In this document: piece by piece, positions 42,966-58,547 of the stretch | How positions within the stretch are numbered: position 1 is the stretch's first letter | How the letters are laid out: each line of letters opens with the position of its first letter | Assembly (NCBI GenBank): GCA_012295275.1 | Contig: CM022674.1 | Span: 15,066,001 to 15,130,000 of the forward strand | Direction of reading: 5' to 3' | DNA from: Chrysomallon squamiferum | Lineage: Eukaryota; Animalia; Mollusca | DNA: 64,000 bases | Made by a program: the position numbers and the translations under genes | Notes under the pieces: model-generated | Told to the model about the DNA's origin: nothing | What the model saw: only the letters and a program-made list of their open reading frames with translations | Databases searched by the model: none

Positions 42966-43363
42966 ATAAAATAACTGACTGTTTTGATATTTAATGAATG
43001 CAAATTGAATTAAGGCGTTGTTAAAGGTCAGTTTATTCGGTACTCATACAAAGGTCATTGAAAAGAAGTACATTCATTATCTTAGTTATAAAATCATATC
43101 AGATTTTGGCAATATACTTGTGTCGTTACTGAAATTAAGTATATAATGATGATGATGATGATGATGATGATGATAATAATAAGAAGAAGAAGAAGAAGAA
43201 GAAGAAAAGAAGAAGAAGTATTCAAAGGAAATAACGTGAAATAAAAGAAGAACAACAATAACAATAATAATAATAATAATAAGAAGAAGAAGAAGAAGAA
43301 GAAGAAGTATACAAAGGAAATAACATGAAATAAAAGAAGAACAACAATAACAATAACAATAAC

Positions 43364-43398
<35 letters not shown>

Positions 43399-46355
43399 TA
43401 ACAATAACAATATAGTCAAATAAGTAAATAAATTAATAAATGAATAAGCCATACAACGAAACAAACACTGTACACGTATATCACTATTTGGAACGCCAAG
43501 GACAAATCGAAACCTTTTATCTCTGATTTTCAAAGTCATCTGTCTGTTTTCGTTCGTTAAGCAGACAAGATTTAACACGGTTTAGCCTTTACATCTGTTC
43601 AACCTGTATAATTATATAATCTATTTTAGACTTAAATACTTTTTTTCTGTCAATGTCTGTCTACCTTGAATTGTTTGTGGTTATGGATTTGCATATGTAT
43701 GTTTGTGTGTGTGTGTGTGTGTCGTGCCTGTAGGTCTGTGTGTTTTTGTATGTGTAGATATGTGAGTCTGCGAATGAACTGATGCATGTATGTTTGTTAA
43801 TACGTTTTTAAACGTGTGTATGTATGTGTGTGTGTGTGTATGTATGCGTATATGTTTGTGCGCGTGTGTCTGTAAGTAAGTATATATGTATGTAATGTAG
43901 GTACAGGTGCATATCTACGTATCAATATAGTCTAAAACGCCTTTCAGGATATCTGTATACTTGTCTGTTTGTCTACTCTCTCCAACATTCGTGTTTAAAT
44001 TTCTTTTTCTTTCTCTCCTATTTCTTTCCACGAAATTTAAGAGATTCTCCGAAGATTGGAATAATTAGATATTTGACCAAATAATGTGATAGCTCGCTAA
44101 GAGAATTAGAGTTTAATAAGGTATAAAACTGTGACTTTGAAAGCAACAGACTTTTTTTTTTATGCATGGCTCAAAGTAGTTGAGTGGCAAAGCGTTAGCG
44201 ACAACGCAATTTCGCTATGGATTTTATTTTTATGTCGTTTTGTTATTTTTATTTTTTTTTTTTTTAGTTTCTTTCACCGGGCGAGGAATAATTTTGAATA
44301 TATATTTTTTGTTAGTTCAACTGTTTTGTTTGTTCGAGGTTTATCTTGATAAAAGAGTAGATAAAAAACCCATAAATAAATGACTTAAAAAAAAACGATG
44401 CCATATGTACAGATATGATGTGATGCGAGGTCATTTTAATTAAATTATCTATTAAAATTAATGAAAAACATGAATACAAATTTTAAAATTGGAATTGAAA
44501 CGAATTAAAAGCTGTGCAAAATAAAAGAAACATTTTCACAAAAAGTTAATTTTAAAATTTTAAATAATTATCAATATGTATGAAAATATCGGATGTTCCG
44601 CATATTCATTATCAAAAATATCAATACAGAGCTCGTTCATGTTACACTGAAATGTGGTATACAGCCAGAGTAAATATTCATAGCCACAATCATTCTAAGA
44701 GAAATACTGTTATAAATAAATGCGGCCTACGACAGCAAGGATTCAGGACAATTTGAACCTTACTCCATTGTCAGGAGGACTGCCACTCTGCAGAACTCGT
44801 TTTGACAAAATAGACAAAAATGAGTTAGAAGGAAACATTACAAATGCAGAAAAAAAAAAATTTAATATAGAGAAACAGAAAAAAAAAGTTGCTTCTAATC
44901 AGACTTAAAAGATGACTAGCGCATCCATCGGAATGTATAATGTCTGTCTGAATCATAGTAATTGAAAAACTGTTTAAACCAGAAACGAAATCTGGATCCC
45001 GAGATTAAAAAAACGAATGTGGTCTGGGGAAGAAAGAAATTCGTCCTGTTTCGTAAAATAGTATAGTTAAAGCTCGGAGAGACATCGTCGCGTAATTAAT
45101 TCAATTTGCTGCTCTCAGATCGATAACTTGTAAAGCGAAGAGTCTATACAATTATTACGGGCTTCAAGGAAGGTGAAATAAATATCACCCCAGCTCAGAA
45201 GTATGAGAAATATCGCACACAGACAGACACGTATAGTAGCAGACAGCTGTCTGGCGAGGAACTTGTGAAAGTAATAGAAGAATGAGAAAGTCAGAAGGGA
45301 GTTTGAGTGAGAATAATAAAAGATAAGGAGAGGTGGTCGTAAATACAGATACAGAAATTAACATACAGATACAGGCAGGATGGGAGAATGAAAGTGATAA
45401 AACATAGAATAGAGAAAAAAAAAGAGTGAGATAAAGAGAGAGAGAGAGTAGATAAAGAGACACAGGGAGAGGAAGAGAAACAGAGGCAGAGAAAGAGAAA
45501 GAGAGAGATAAAAAGAGAAAGAGCGAAACAGAGGAAGTATGATTATAAACATAGAAAGAAAGGATGCAAAGATAATGAGAAATGAAAATGATGACGTAGA
45601 GAGAGAGAGAAACAGAGATGTGCTGTTGGTGATTATCAGATATGCACCGACGTGAAAACTGTGCAAACGTAATAATAAGACTGCAGTAAGTAATTAAAAA
45701 CATGCCTAGTTTTTAGCAGCTGGCTCTACAGATGTGGATTTTTGTTTTTAGTAATTAAATTACGAAACGCTGGTTTTTAACTTGACGTAAAGCAGACGCA
45801 ATATCTGTTATAAAAACAAGTCAGTAATTCACATAACTGTAATTAATTTTTTCGTTCCGCTCTCAAAAATTGAATAAAAGATACGATTCATGGAAAACAT
45901 GAAAGCTGCTAATGAAGTTTTCTTGGGGCAGACTGACGTTATTTTATTAAAATAATATTAATTTTGTTTTATCTTTATTTTTTACTATCGATCTGCTGTC
46001 ATGTTCCAGTGTGTACTGTGCGGACAGCTTTTATTAATGTCTTTGAATCATTTCTCCGTGTCCTGCTGCATATTTAAACATTCTCTGTCTGTCTGTCTCT
46101 CTTTTCTATTTTTTAAATTTCATTTTGCAATCCTATCTCCATCTCTATGCTTATTTCTCTTTGTGCACTTCGTTCCTTATCTCTCATTATTTTCGCTCTA
46201 ACATACACACGCATGTAACATATAAATACAAATATGTAACACATGACATATAACACATAAATATAAATACAAATGTGCAAGAATACAAGCATGTGCGACG
46301 CACGTACATATACTTAACTATTAATTAGGCCAATGCAATTAGTAATATCGCATTT

Positions 46356-46474
<119 letters not shown>

Positions 46475-48483
46475 GATTCATAATTATCGGGTTACCTCGG
46501 CTTATTCTAACCTACTCTCCATTGCTTCGGACATTTCCGGCGACTGCACGGAAATAACAAGGTTAGTGGGCAGCCATTAATTCAATCAAGTTGTATCACG
46601 TGTCAAACAAACTTTATTAATATTTTATTCATTTACGACACACTTCAGTAGTTTATCTCGCGTCTCATTGTGTTATCTGACAAAACTGATTTGAAAGGAA
46701 TCATCTGATTGTCTATCTATCACTGATGTTTTGGCATTTTCGTGTTGCTGCTTTAGCTTCTTGTCTGGATTCAATTTTGTATATTTAGAGGCACATTGGT
46801 AATATGCAGCAATTCTTAAAACTTATTATATTTATTATTTATTTGATACGCTGTGGAGAATAATAGAGATAGAGAATAATAAAAATGACACTGTACAGGA
46901 ATGAAGAGAAGGGATAAAGGATAAAAGGAGAGAGAGATAGACTGACACATAATGGATAAGAGATGTTGTGAGGACAGCATGAGAGAAAGAAAGAAAGAAA
47001 GAAAGAAAGAGAAATAAAGAAAAAAAAAACAAGAACGAAAAGGAGAAAGAGAAAGAAAGACAAAGTAAGATAGGTAGACTGAAAGAAGACAAAAAGGAAA
47101 ATAAAATGAAAGACAATATATAAGAAAGACACGTCTAAAAAATAAAACCTTGTAAGTACACACAGATTCAAAAGATAAGTCTACATAACTAACTATACCT
47201 GTATCACTAAAATATTTAAATGTACCAATCATCTGGGTTAAAAATTCAACTAAATTTATAGATTTATAAAAAAAAAATGTTAACAAAATAGTTGAAAACA
47301 CCGCTGAGTGACTCCGTTATGAAACACATAATGCGTTCATTTAGTAAAATGTCAAATTAATACAGTCGTTAGTAAATAGTTCATTACGCTTACATTACAG
47401 GCCTGGTTTATCACGCAGTCTCTTTTAATCACTGCTGAGAATTATCTACTCGCCAATCAATAAAACACAGACGTGATGTATGTTTTTAATACCGACAACA
47501 GATTGGCCTTTACTGAAAGGTTTATCGACACGTCAAAATATTTAATATGAGTATTATTTTATACGAAACAAAGATGCTGATAAAAAGAACTACAGTTTTT
47601 TGTGTGTGTCCGTGCGTCTGTGTATACGTGTGTGTTTGTGTTTGTTCAGACGTATGCTATTTTATTTATTAAAACGATCAGAAATAATTTATCTGTATAC
47701 CGAGATGAAGTCTTTGCGAATTACAGGCTGTTCGTAAACTGAATTTCATTAACGCCCGAGTTGAATTAATGCCTCTTTATCTTTTCATGAATCAATTCGG
47801 TCAATATAGAAATGTGACAATAAATTTCAGCAGCCGATTTATGACTTATTTATAATTGCTATTATCTTTTTTATATCGATCAAAATAATCATATATATGA
47901 ATAATAGTAGATGGTCATGAAACAGTATACGCTGTAATATCGTTAAATATACACAACTTTGACTTTAATTTGTAGAAAATAATTAAGGATTAAATGTAGA
48001 GACTAACATTATAACAGAAAGTAATTCGTTGTTCAAATCATGATGACGTTTTAGAATGATGTAATAAAATGGTTTGATGATTAAGTAACATGCAATACAA
48101 GGATGTCGTAACTTTCTGTTTAGACGTGCATTCAGAAGTACACAGGTATAGAAAATCTGAATTTTATGTATCGTCATTTTTATGGTCATTACTTTCTGAC
48201 GTCAGGGCTTTTGAATCTAATGATCCCACGAATAGTCTAGATAGACTATCATGTAAACAAATAATACTTATTAGCGTATACACATCTGTAACAAGACAAG
48301 CATCAACTCATGCGAAAGAGAGCTGGAATTAGAGTTAAGGAGTAGATAAGAGATAGGTAGATAGTGAGACACACAGAGAGAGGAGAAATAAATTGAAAAA
48401 AAAATAATTTTAGACAGATAATGACAGACAGAGAAAGATAAAACAAAATGAGTAACGGAAATACAGAGACAAAAGATAGACAT

Positions 48484-48618
<135 letters not shown>

Positions 48619-48743
48619 ATTACATTATTCTAAAAAGACAAAACACATATTACATTATTAGGTATAACAAGAACTAAAATAACGAGTAAAAAAATGAATT
48701 CACTGAAGAAAAGCACAAGAATGTATTTTTATTTTCAACCTAC

Positions 48744-49941
48744 CCGCTCCAATCCAGACTGCAAAACGAATCCACGCTAGAAATGGGAGGGCGGCGATCA
48801 AAACCATGCACAGGAAAGTAAGCAGAAGAGGCACGAATGGTACATATGGAGTTTTGAAGTACAATTTCGTCTTGTTCTGCGGTTGCTTAGCAACGAACAA
48901 CGACGACGTTATCATGAAGACGGCGGATATACAGGAGGCTGTGACCGCCCACCAAATTCGGTTGGACGTCTCCGTGGACAGCGCTATGAGACAGAGGCAC
49001 ATGCATGTGCTTGAGATGATGTAGAGGACTAAGGAACATCGTGCCGTTGTCCAAGTCGCCACGCTCGGGTCTGTGAATGTGTAGCTTGGAAGACGGATGA
49101 TGCTACTTAAACTGGACAAAGAGAAATTTGATCTGGATCTGTTTGGAACGAGACGCGTGGTTTCGGTGTTGCTGCCGCTGTTGCCGTTCTGCCTCAGCGA
49201 ATCGCGTTTACTGTGACAGTAGTGGCCGTTCACGTAAAATCCATCTAAGTGAGTTTCAGTCGGAGTCTGGCAGTCGTAGTGAATATTCATATCTCCGTTA
49301 GCCATGACTTCCAACTTCGGTAAAACTTTCGTCTGATCGTCAGCTTTCGTATAATCCATTTCCTCCGTGTCCGAGTACTCCTGATACACTCCGATGTTGT
49401 CCGGATGATAACGAAGACAAACGACGCTCAACGCACACACAAAATAACTAAACAAAGAGGCAGCTGACAGCATTTCCACCGCACTTTCGAAATTCACGAA
49501 CAGAGAAACGAGAGCTGAAAGACACCCAATCACAAACGTCGACACAACTGGAACCTTTGTCCTTGAACTTACACTCGACAGTTTTCGTGGAAGAAGCCCG
49601 TCTTTGCTCATGGCGTACAAGTTCCTCGGAAGAGAAAACAGAGAACCTAATATGGATGCTAAGAGTCCCAGCAAAGCGCCTATGCCGATCACGTATTTGG
49701 CTGCAAAAATGTGTTTTCCTTCGAAGGCTTTTGACAACGACGCCTTCGACGACAGCTGGGTCCACGGGTATGACAGCGTCAACGAGGCCGTGGAGCTGAA
49801 GTAGACGAAGAAGACGATGACGACAGAAGACACTATGGCAGTCGGGACATGTTTGTATGTTTGCTTTGACTCCTGGCTGGAAGTAGCGATGTTGTCGATG
49901 CCGGAGAAACCGTATATCATCACAGCAGCTCCAGATGTGAA
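48744..49941 (-). CDS. CAT/SLC7 transporter coding exon 6 (1198 nt; TM6 to C-terminal membrane domain, FTSGAAVMIYGFSGIDNIATSSQE...WIRFAVWIGA)
   Basis: Core of ORF 48700..49974. Acceptor catttcag, donor G|gtaggt. Motifs GSLFSLPRNLYAMSKDGLL, LRYHP and FKTPYVPFVP. GC content visibly higher than the flanks. Confidence 0.95.
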
Positions 49942-51076
49942 CTGAAATGAGTTTATAGACAGGTTTGTTGACACGCAGTAAAATTATGTAAGAAATATGA
50001 CCATATCCAGGACTCTACTGTCACATCAACACATTGAAAGAAAGAGAGAAGAACACAGAAAAAGCAGACATACAGACATACACACAGATACACTCATATA
50101 TGTGTATGCATATATACATTCACATATATATATATATACGCATACACGCACTCACACATTCATACAAACATACACAAATATGAACACATACAGATTTACA
50201 GGCTCCCACATATAAAAGTACAGACAGACTTACAGATAGAGAGATGGACAAATAAATACTCTTGAAGGCAGAACGACAGACGGACAAATTGACAGATGGA
50301 TATACTCAATCAATCAGATATGCTTTATTTATTCTCGGCTTGATTTGTGACATTTAAAAGTGCTTAAGAAATATTACTGTAAATCATAAATCGATGTAAA
50401 CTGCAGAGAGAGAATTATTCAAGATGGATGCTGCAACAGTTGGTGCAGCATTAATAAGAGTAAGACTTTGAAAGGGAAACAAAGGCTTTTCTCTCTCGAA
50501 ACTGCGTTATAAAACTAATCTTTGATAATCTGATAAATATTAATATTAAAAAGTACTGAAATGTGGTAGGAGAAAATACTGATTAATTCATTTATTCAAT
50601 CATTTTATAACTGAATATTCTTTCATGTCCACTTTGATACCATCGTATTTAAACAAAATCATATGTTTAATAATATTATTACTTTCAAAATCAAGATTCA
50701 TCCATGTTTTCATTCATTTATGAATTCATCTTCATTTTCGTTCATTAATTGATTCGTTTCGTTCGTTCTGTCATCCATATTTCCGTTCATTTATTTGTTC
50801 ATTGATTCATCTATCCTTTCGTTTATTCATTCGACCAGTAGTTCATTCTTTCTTCTCTGCTTTCGCTCATTCATTTGCTATTTCCACCATTCATTCCTCC
50901 ATCCATCCATCCATCCATATTTTCGTTCATTTTTCGTTCATACTTTGATTCACTACTTCGTTCATGCACAAATAACGGAACATCAACACGTCCATTCACT
51001 CGCTGGTTTCACATAAACGTGACAACATCTGTGACAGAAAATTCAGACAAAACACGAGTTAAAAAAAGACACTCAC

Positions 51077-51214
51077 GCCTCTGACTCCGTGCGGAAAGAA
51101 ACCCGGCGACTTCGTCCAGTTGTGAGACTGTATGTGGAAGAAGCCGACACAGATGAAGGAAAGAACGAACAGCCCCGACAACGACATCAACACAAAGTTT
51201 ACAACAGCATAGAA
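51077..51214 (-). CDS. CAT/SLC7 transporter coding exon 5 (FYAVVNFVLMSLSGLFVLSFICVGFFHIQSHNWTKSPGFFPHGVRG; TM5 and loop)
   Basis: Acceptor tttatttcag, donor GGC|gtgagt, 138 nt, phase 0-0. Contains the NW...GF.P.G..G motif of CATs. Confidence 0.92.
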
Positions 51215-51589
51215 CTGAAATAAAATCAGCGACATCATCATTTGTATCAAATCTGGCAATTTTTGTAATATCTGTTTACATATGTATGTATCATATTTAA
51301 AAAGATATACAGAGTTTTGACATACACATTTATATATAGAAATAAATATATAAGCAGATGGAAATCAAAAATAAACATGCAAATCAGATGTATTAAAGAT
51401 AGCGTGTAGCATACTTCATACATTAAACATTCATTTAAATGTAGCTAGCAAAATTCAGTTCGTTGTTCTTGTCTCACACACAGACACACACGCACACACG
51501 CACACAGATATAGACACAGACACTCAAATTATATTTCATAGACGGAAACATGTGTTTTATGTATCGTGCATGAATAAAAACAGTGAGAT

Positions 51590-51682
<93 letters not shown>

Positions 51683-51949
51683 CTGACACAGACAGAAAAA
51701 ATTATAACATTCATTTATATATTTGATATCAACCAAAAAACATATGTAGTTTGCACTTGTATATCATATGTTAATATCAAGGACAACAACAAGCTTTGTT
51801 TTAAATATCAGTTAAAAGAAACAGCTATAAGCATTTAGTATTATTTATGAAAGCAACGAGAATTCTTTTCAATATCGTAAACTGCAGCAACAATTACTTT
51901 TGTGTTCAAACAAGATTTAGAACTACAACTATTGTACATGATGACATTC

Positions 51950-52035
51950 AGAATCTCATCTCCAGTGAACGGTATCGATCCAGGAATCCTCTGCACGATG
52001 CACTGAACCCACTCTCTAATGAGACAGAGCAGACG
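51950..52035 (-). mobile_element. SINE 5' head remnant
   Basis: The minus strand reads ...agagtgggttcagtgcatcgtgcagaggattcctGGATCGATACC..., a tRNA-like head with a B-box. Confidence 0.3.
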
Positions 52036-52720
52036 AATCAATTGCGTTTTCCAGGGACAGGAATATTGGCATGTTTGCGATTTCGACCATCACAAAATTA
52101 CATAATTGTCTCTCTCTCTTTCTTCTTTTTTTTTTTTTTTTTTTTTTAATCAGACAATTTTAGAATGAACAGAATCGATAAAAAAAAAAAAAAAACATTT
52201 AATGATTTAATATTTGTGTTGGATAATACCGAAATATTTATGTATACACACACATTCGGATACACATACAGACACACACACAAACAGACACGCATATACA
52301 TGCATATTGCACAGATCAACAACAAAAACAACAACAGTAATAAGAATAAGAATAATAATGGCATAACAAGTAATTTATTTATTATAATATTAGATTTCAT
52401 TATGGATATTTTAATTACTTACATAGTAATGAATTAACCATTCCTCAGAAGAAATAAATTAATTTATGCTATTATATTTTAAAGAGATTTTTGAAAAGAA
52501 GTAACAACATTATTGGGAGTATGAAAAAGAATGTCTTTGACTTTGTACGTGCTTTGTATATGTGCATGTGTTTATTTGTATATGTGGTTGGGTTTATATG
52601 TATTTGTGTCTGTATATATAATGTATATATAACTACGTTGGTGTTTCTGTTTATATATAATTACCATTTCTATTTAGTGTCAGATACTGTAAAATTAGAA
52701 TCCTTAATGAAATGTATAAC

Positions 52721-52804
<84 letters not shown>

Positions 52805-53698
52805 ACGAATGGAGAACTAAGCTCTAGAAAGAACATATCCATTGCATTCTATTAGCGAATGATATTCCTGTGTGGACTATGCGTGCGTCTGTGTTTGCAT
52901 AGTGTGCGAAAATCGTTCACTTCAGTATTACTGTTCTATTATAAAAGGTCTGTCAAAAACGTTTCCTTTGTCTCAAAGTCAACTCGCATATCAATGAAAT
53001 CCAATATGTTTATTAAAAGTCTGTAACATGCAAACTCATTCGTGTCGCCGTTAAGACAAATTATATCTGATAGTTTCAATAAATAAAATAAATGCATGTA
53101 AATTAAAAGAATTGTGGCCATTTTATTGGTTTCAATGGCGGCATGTCAGCCATAATGGTCTGATAAAATACCATTGATTGCATATTTCCGTTCCAATAGC
53201 AATTCACGTGTCATTTCGTTTCCGAACGTCAATTAACGAATGCTATTTTATTTATCGCGTTTTATATCAAAACATTTAAAACAAAGAGTGGCATTTAATA
53301 TAAAAACCGACATAATAAAAGAGATAATTTTATTCTGAACGACACTTCTCGAAAAAAAAATTTTATTTTATTTTTTTTTTTTTTTTTTGGGGGATGGTTT
53401 TTATATTAAATGCGAAGTAATTAGTTTCTTATTTTAAGTGTGTTCCTTCCTTTCTTTCTTGATTTATTTATTAATCAATTTATTTACGTTACCAGGTGAT
53501 TTATAAGTATTCCATCAAACAGTTTTTCGTCAAAAATTCAAAGTAAGCGTTTATATTAAAATCCTAAATACCACTATGCTCAAGATCACAGGAACAACTG
53601 TGAAAATTGTGTTAATAATAACTGATGATTATGATGATAGTGATGATAAAAATGATAAAAACAATAACAATAACATCGGTACCGACAACAACAACAAC

Positions 53699-53753
<55 letters not shown>

Positions 53754-53928
53754 GTAATAACTATAACAATAATAATAATAATAACAATAATAATAACTAA
53801 TAATAATAAAAGTAATAATAACAGTAATAAAAATAATATAATAATAATAAAAAATAATAATAATAATTATAATAATAATAACAATAACAACAATAATAAT
53901 AAATAATAAACAACAATAACAATAAATG

Positions 53929-53980
<52 letters not shown>

Positions 53981-53986
53981 ACTCAC

Positions 53987-54101
53987 CTTGACACTAAGGA
54001 GGATGATTAGAGTAGAAAACAGCAGAACTGAACAGCCCAGCACGTCTGGGCTGGAGGCTATAACAGTCGAGTTACCCCACGACCACGCCTCACTGACATA
54101 C
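53987..54101 (-). CDS. CAT/SLC7 transporter coding exon 4 (KYVSEAWSWGNSTVIASSPDVLGCSVLLFSTLIILLSVK; TM4)
   Basis: Acceptor tcttttcag, donor AAG|gtgagt, 115 nt, phase fits the neighbouring exons. The PD + hydrophobic helix + VK pattern matches CAT TM4. Confidence 0.9.
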
Positions 54102-54620
54102 CTGAAAAGAGAAACGTATAAACACATTTACGATCCTCTTTCTATATTATCACTATTTTCTAAATACGGTCGACTTGCTCCAGATCAATATATCCGTGAT
54201 TCAGACACGAACAAAAGTTTTTCATTACAAATATATTTATGATTATATTTCTATAAATTACGAAGACACTAAAAAAAAAAAGTAATTCAGATTAATGTTT
54301 GTTATTTATACAATCAAGTTGCCACTGTCCAATGTATCGATGAAGTACTCGAAAACAAATATTTTCTTTGTAAATGTAATTACGTTCCTGTTTTTTCTAA
54401 TAATATATTATTTCCAAATGCTCCGCTTCTCGGTGAAGTATTACCGAAACTTTTTTTCTTTTTAAATATATTTATGATTCTATGTCGATAAAAGTATTAT
54501 TTATCTGTAAATGTATTTTGTATTTCAAAAAATATTTTTCAATCAAATGTTAAAGTGCATCTGTAGTCATGCTGATATTCTTCAATATATTTATTTATAA
54601 TTATTGTTGTTATTGTGGAT

Positions 54621-54660
<40 letters not shown>

Positions 54661-56035
54661 TTTCATAGGCGATATCATGTAGCATAAGTATATTTAGCAA
54701 GACAGTTATATTTTTTCCTGTCAATTTATGAACTGCATGACACTCAAGGAAATACGCTAAGTATTAACAGTGGGAAATCGCGTTATAATAACAACAACAG
54801 TAAGTAAGTTAATAAATAAACAAGATACGAAAAGATAAACAAAAACAAAAAGAAAGAAAGAAAAACGATAAAGATGTTATTTTGATAAATTCACGTACCA
54901 GACATAAAACATTAACTCCAACCAAATCCTTTTCTTTGACAGAGAAAATAAATGCATACCTGTATACTAATGTAAAATTCCACAGTTACAAAAAAAAAAA
55001 AAAAATAATAATAAAAAAATTTAAAAAAAAAATAATAAAAATAAATAATAAATAAATAAACTTTCCAATTGAACACCTAAGGATTTCCAAAAACAAAGCT
55101 TCAGAGAGAAAAGCAGTCTATGTACACTCAAAGACAAACGCATTGTTAACAATGACGTAATACCATTATGACGTCACAACAGTCGCTGGTTTACTGCATG
55201 TGAAAAGGGAATGTGTTTTGTTTATGATGACGAGCACAAAAGGAAACAGAGCAGGGTAAGTTTAAGTTATATGTAACTACAACAACAACAACAACAATAG
55301 TAATAATAATAGAATAAAATACATGCATAATTAAAAACGTAGTTCTATTAAATTGTGTGCGTATACAGGATGTTCGAGTGTGTTTGTATGCGTAGAATGT
55401 TTGTGTGACGCTATGTATCTGTACGCATGTGAGGTTTCTCGATAATCATTATTTGTATGAAGATTTGATATTAAGAAACACGAACAAAAAGAGACCAAAA
55501 AAAAATCAGGAGAATGAGAGAAAAAAGTAAAAATAAAAAAATAAAAATAAAAATAAAATAGCGAATAAATCCTTCCAAAAAGTCACTCTCGTCTTAACAA
55601 AATGACAACAAAATAAAAACCTAAAAATGTTGTTATCATTTAACTAGGCCCGCGGCAAACGACCGTCAGAACGAATGTGCTACTTAAAACGACGGTTTCC
55701 TTCTCAAGTGGCAGTCCTCCTATCAGACAAAGTAATGTTATTTGAAATGTGGACGCCCGTGTTGCTGATGACAAAGAAATTGTCATTATCGGATAACACG
55801 ATGGGATTTTAATGAAGTCATTTGAAACTTCGCTTTGGCGATCTGTCATCGAATATCCTTGTTAGTTCATTAGCTAGAGTAAGTTAGATAATCGAATCGT
55901 AGATTTTTTTTTTAGTTCTTTAGTTGTTGGTTTTTTTTTTGTGTATTTTTGTTATAGGGTAACGGTAAAATAAAGAAAAAGAATAGTAAAAATAGAAGAA
56001 AAAAGGAAAAGTGAGAGAGGAGAGTGGAATAAAAT

Positions 56036-56127
<92 letters not shown>

Positions 56128-57346
56128 AATAAAATAATAATAAAAATCAAATAGAAGAGAATAAAGAAACGTTTAGGAAAAATGAATGCTACACATCCTC
56201 GCTGTTATTTTATTTATCAAAGGTATTCGAAATCTTTCCTGTAATATTCTAAGAAAAGATATAAAAAAGATAACTGTCTAACCTAGAAAAGACATTAAAG
56301 ATTCGATTAAATAAATAAAGAATTCTGTGTTCAAAAATTAAAAAAGATTGAATAAATATGCAATTTTTCTCTTCTATATAAATAGGTTAAACAGTTAAAC
56401 AGAATTTAAGAAACAAATTGAAGATAAACGTAATTTTCCCTCAGAATAATAACAGCTGAATTAAATAAATAAGTAATCATTCAGATATTTAAAGATATTG
56501 GTTGAATAAATAAGTGATATTTAATAACAACCTTCGGTCAATAAACGCAGTTTAATAAACACGATAAATCAAAATGAAATATTTTAATGCATTTGTGGAA
56601 AATGATAGCTTTCCTGAATAAATAAGCAATATTTAATACATGCGTCAAATTAATAAGACATATTTGATAAACACACCAAATAAATAAGCAACAGTTGATA
56701 AATACGTCGAATTAATAAACACTATTCAATAACTAAACTGAATAAATACGAAATATTTCAGTAAACACGTTCCATGTTTGATAACTACGTGGAATAAATA
56801 TGCAGTACTATTTTGATAAAGAAATAATTATCCTTCGAAATAACTGTACTTGTTTCTCTCTCTCATCTTCTGACTGAGATATCCTATTAAAACTACGTAG
56901 CTTTCGTTTAAAAAGCAGAAATTATCATGTTCCTCGGTTTCCTCGTGAATTGTCCATTTCGTCTCGTCTGCAGGAAGCCTAAGCAGACGACAATTTACTG
57001 TACGGTCGGCAGAGAATATAACCCGCTGTTTGACAGAGCGATATTAAATAACTGGCATTATTTGTGTAAACAGGGAAGTAATATATCAGCCAAACGTGAA
57101 TTAAATCCGGTTTGAAGATCACTTCATTAGTGACTAAGACTTTCATTCTTTCTTTCCTTCCTTCCGTTATTTATTTATTTACAAAGCAAAGTTGAAATTT
57201 CTGTTAATCCCAGCGCATGTTGTTCCGTATTAAACCGATAATTCTCATGTATTATACGACATCAGTTAATTAATTAAATTTAATTAATTAATTAATTAAT
57301 TAATGCATTTATTTATTTATTTATTTACATTTACTGAAGACAGATA

Positions 57347-57381
<35 letters not shown>

Positions 57382-58547
57382 TGCGTTATTGCCAAAAAAA
57401 CACTGAAGCTAAATTTGACGTTGTTATTTATTAACTCTTTTTTTCCGAAATATATCGCTCACATGCTCATGCACTATTCACCCTGTCCTCTATGCACACA
57501 CAAACACAAAGATACATAACCTTTCTCACCCCCTACACACTCATAACACATTATAAATATTAATAAAATAAACAGTATTGATTAGATTATTCAAAATTTA
57601 CGAGCGAGAATGAGAATATCCTGACTAATATTCGAATAAAAATGTCCATAAATAGTTTAAAGCGATATTCTTCTTAAAAGCTTCGACAGTATAACATTAT
57701 ATAGCATGATAAAAATAAAAAAAAATACTGTTCTTATTCATTTTCGTTTCAATATAGGCACTAGGCTGTTGTTGTATGGAAATACGAAAATTTTGCATTC
57801 TGCAATAAGGCTTGATCGTCAAAGTAATTAACGTGTAATTTCCTTCGATTATGTAAGTGAAATATGCGTGACCGAACTTGTATAAATATATCCAGTCTAA
57901 TTTAGCTTTGAGAAGTAATTTTTCAATTATATGTAATTTCGTACTGGAAAATAATGATTTTTTTTTTTTTTTTTTTTAAACAAATAGAAATATGTTTTGT
58001 AAAACAAAAAATTGCTCGATTGAATCAGACGAAAATAAATGATGTCGATGATGAAAAAAATGAGGATGATTGTGTTAAAATAATTAAAATGATAATAGTG
58101 ATAATGACTGATGATGATAATAATATTGGTGATGATGACGATTATGATGATGACGATTATGATGATGATGATAATAATAAGAAGAAGAAGAAGAAAATTA
58201 ACCATGACACGTTTGTTTGTAACTCCGCGATTAATCCATTTTTCTAAGGTCTTGTAAATCAAGCGATTAAAACGCTTGGAAACGCTTTATATAACATATT
58301 TCCAATTCCTGCTGCAGCTCCCTAATGGTGATCAGCGCTCGGATAAATGCGGTTTTGTTTCTTTTTTTTTTTTTTATAAAACGTTTTTTCTGAAGATCGA
58401 TTTGATAATAACAATTAATGGTGTGGGCTTTTGTTTACTCTCATACAGAAGCATTATATTACCATTCTATCCTTCATATCTCAACACATTCATTGTTTAA
58501 ATGCGCTGAAGCGTAGTTACACAAATGTTAACTTTTGTATATCTTAC

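Noticed and set aside
48806-49804. Antisense and alternative-frame ORFs over the large exon
   Set aside because: Shadow ORFs of the GC-richer transporter exon.
53115-53175. Imperfect hairpin (ATTTTATTGG...CTGATAAAAT) as a possible intronic pre-miRNA
   Set aside because: The stem is interrupted by a large internal loop and no conserved miRNA is recognisable; small-RNA data would be needed.
56300-56830. Loose ~20-bp periodicity (tgaataaatatgcaatattt)
   Set aside because: Too degenerate and AT-rich to define a unit confidently; probably a decayed intronic minisatellite.
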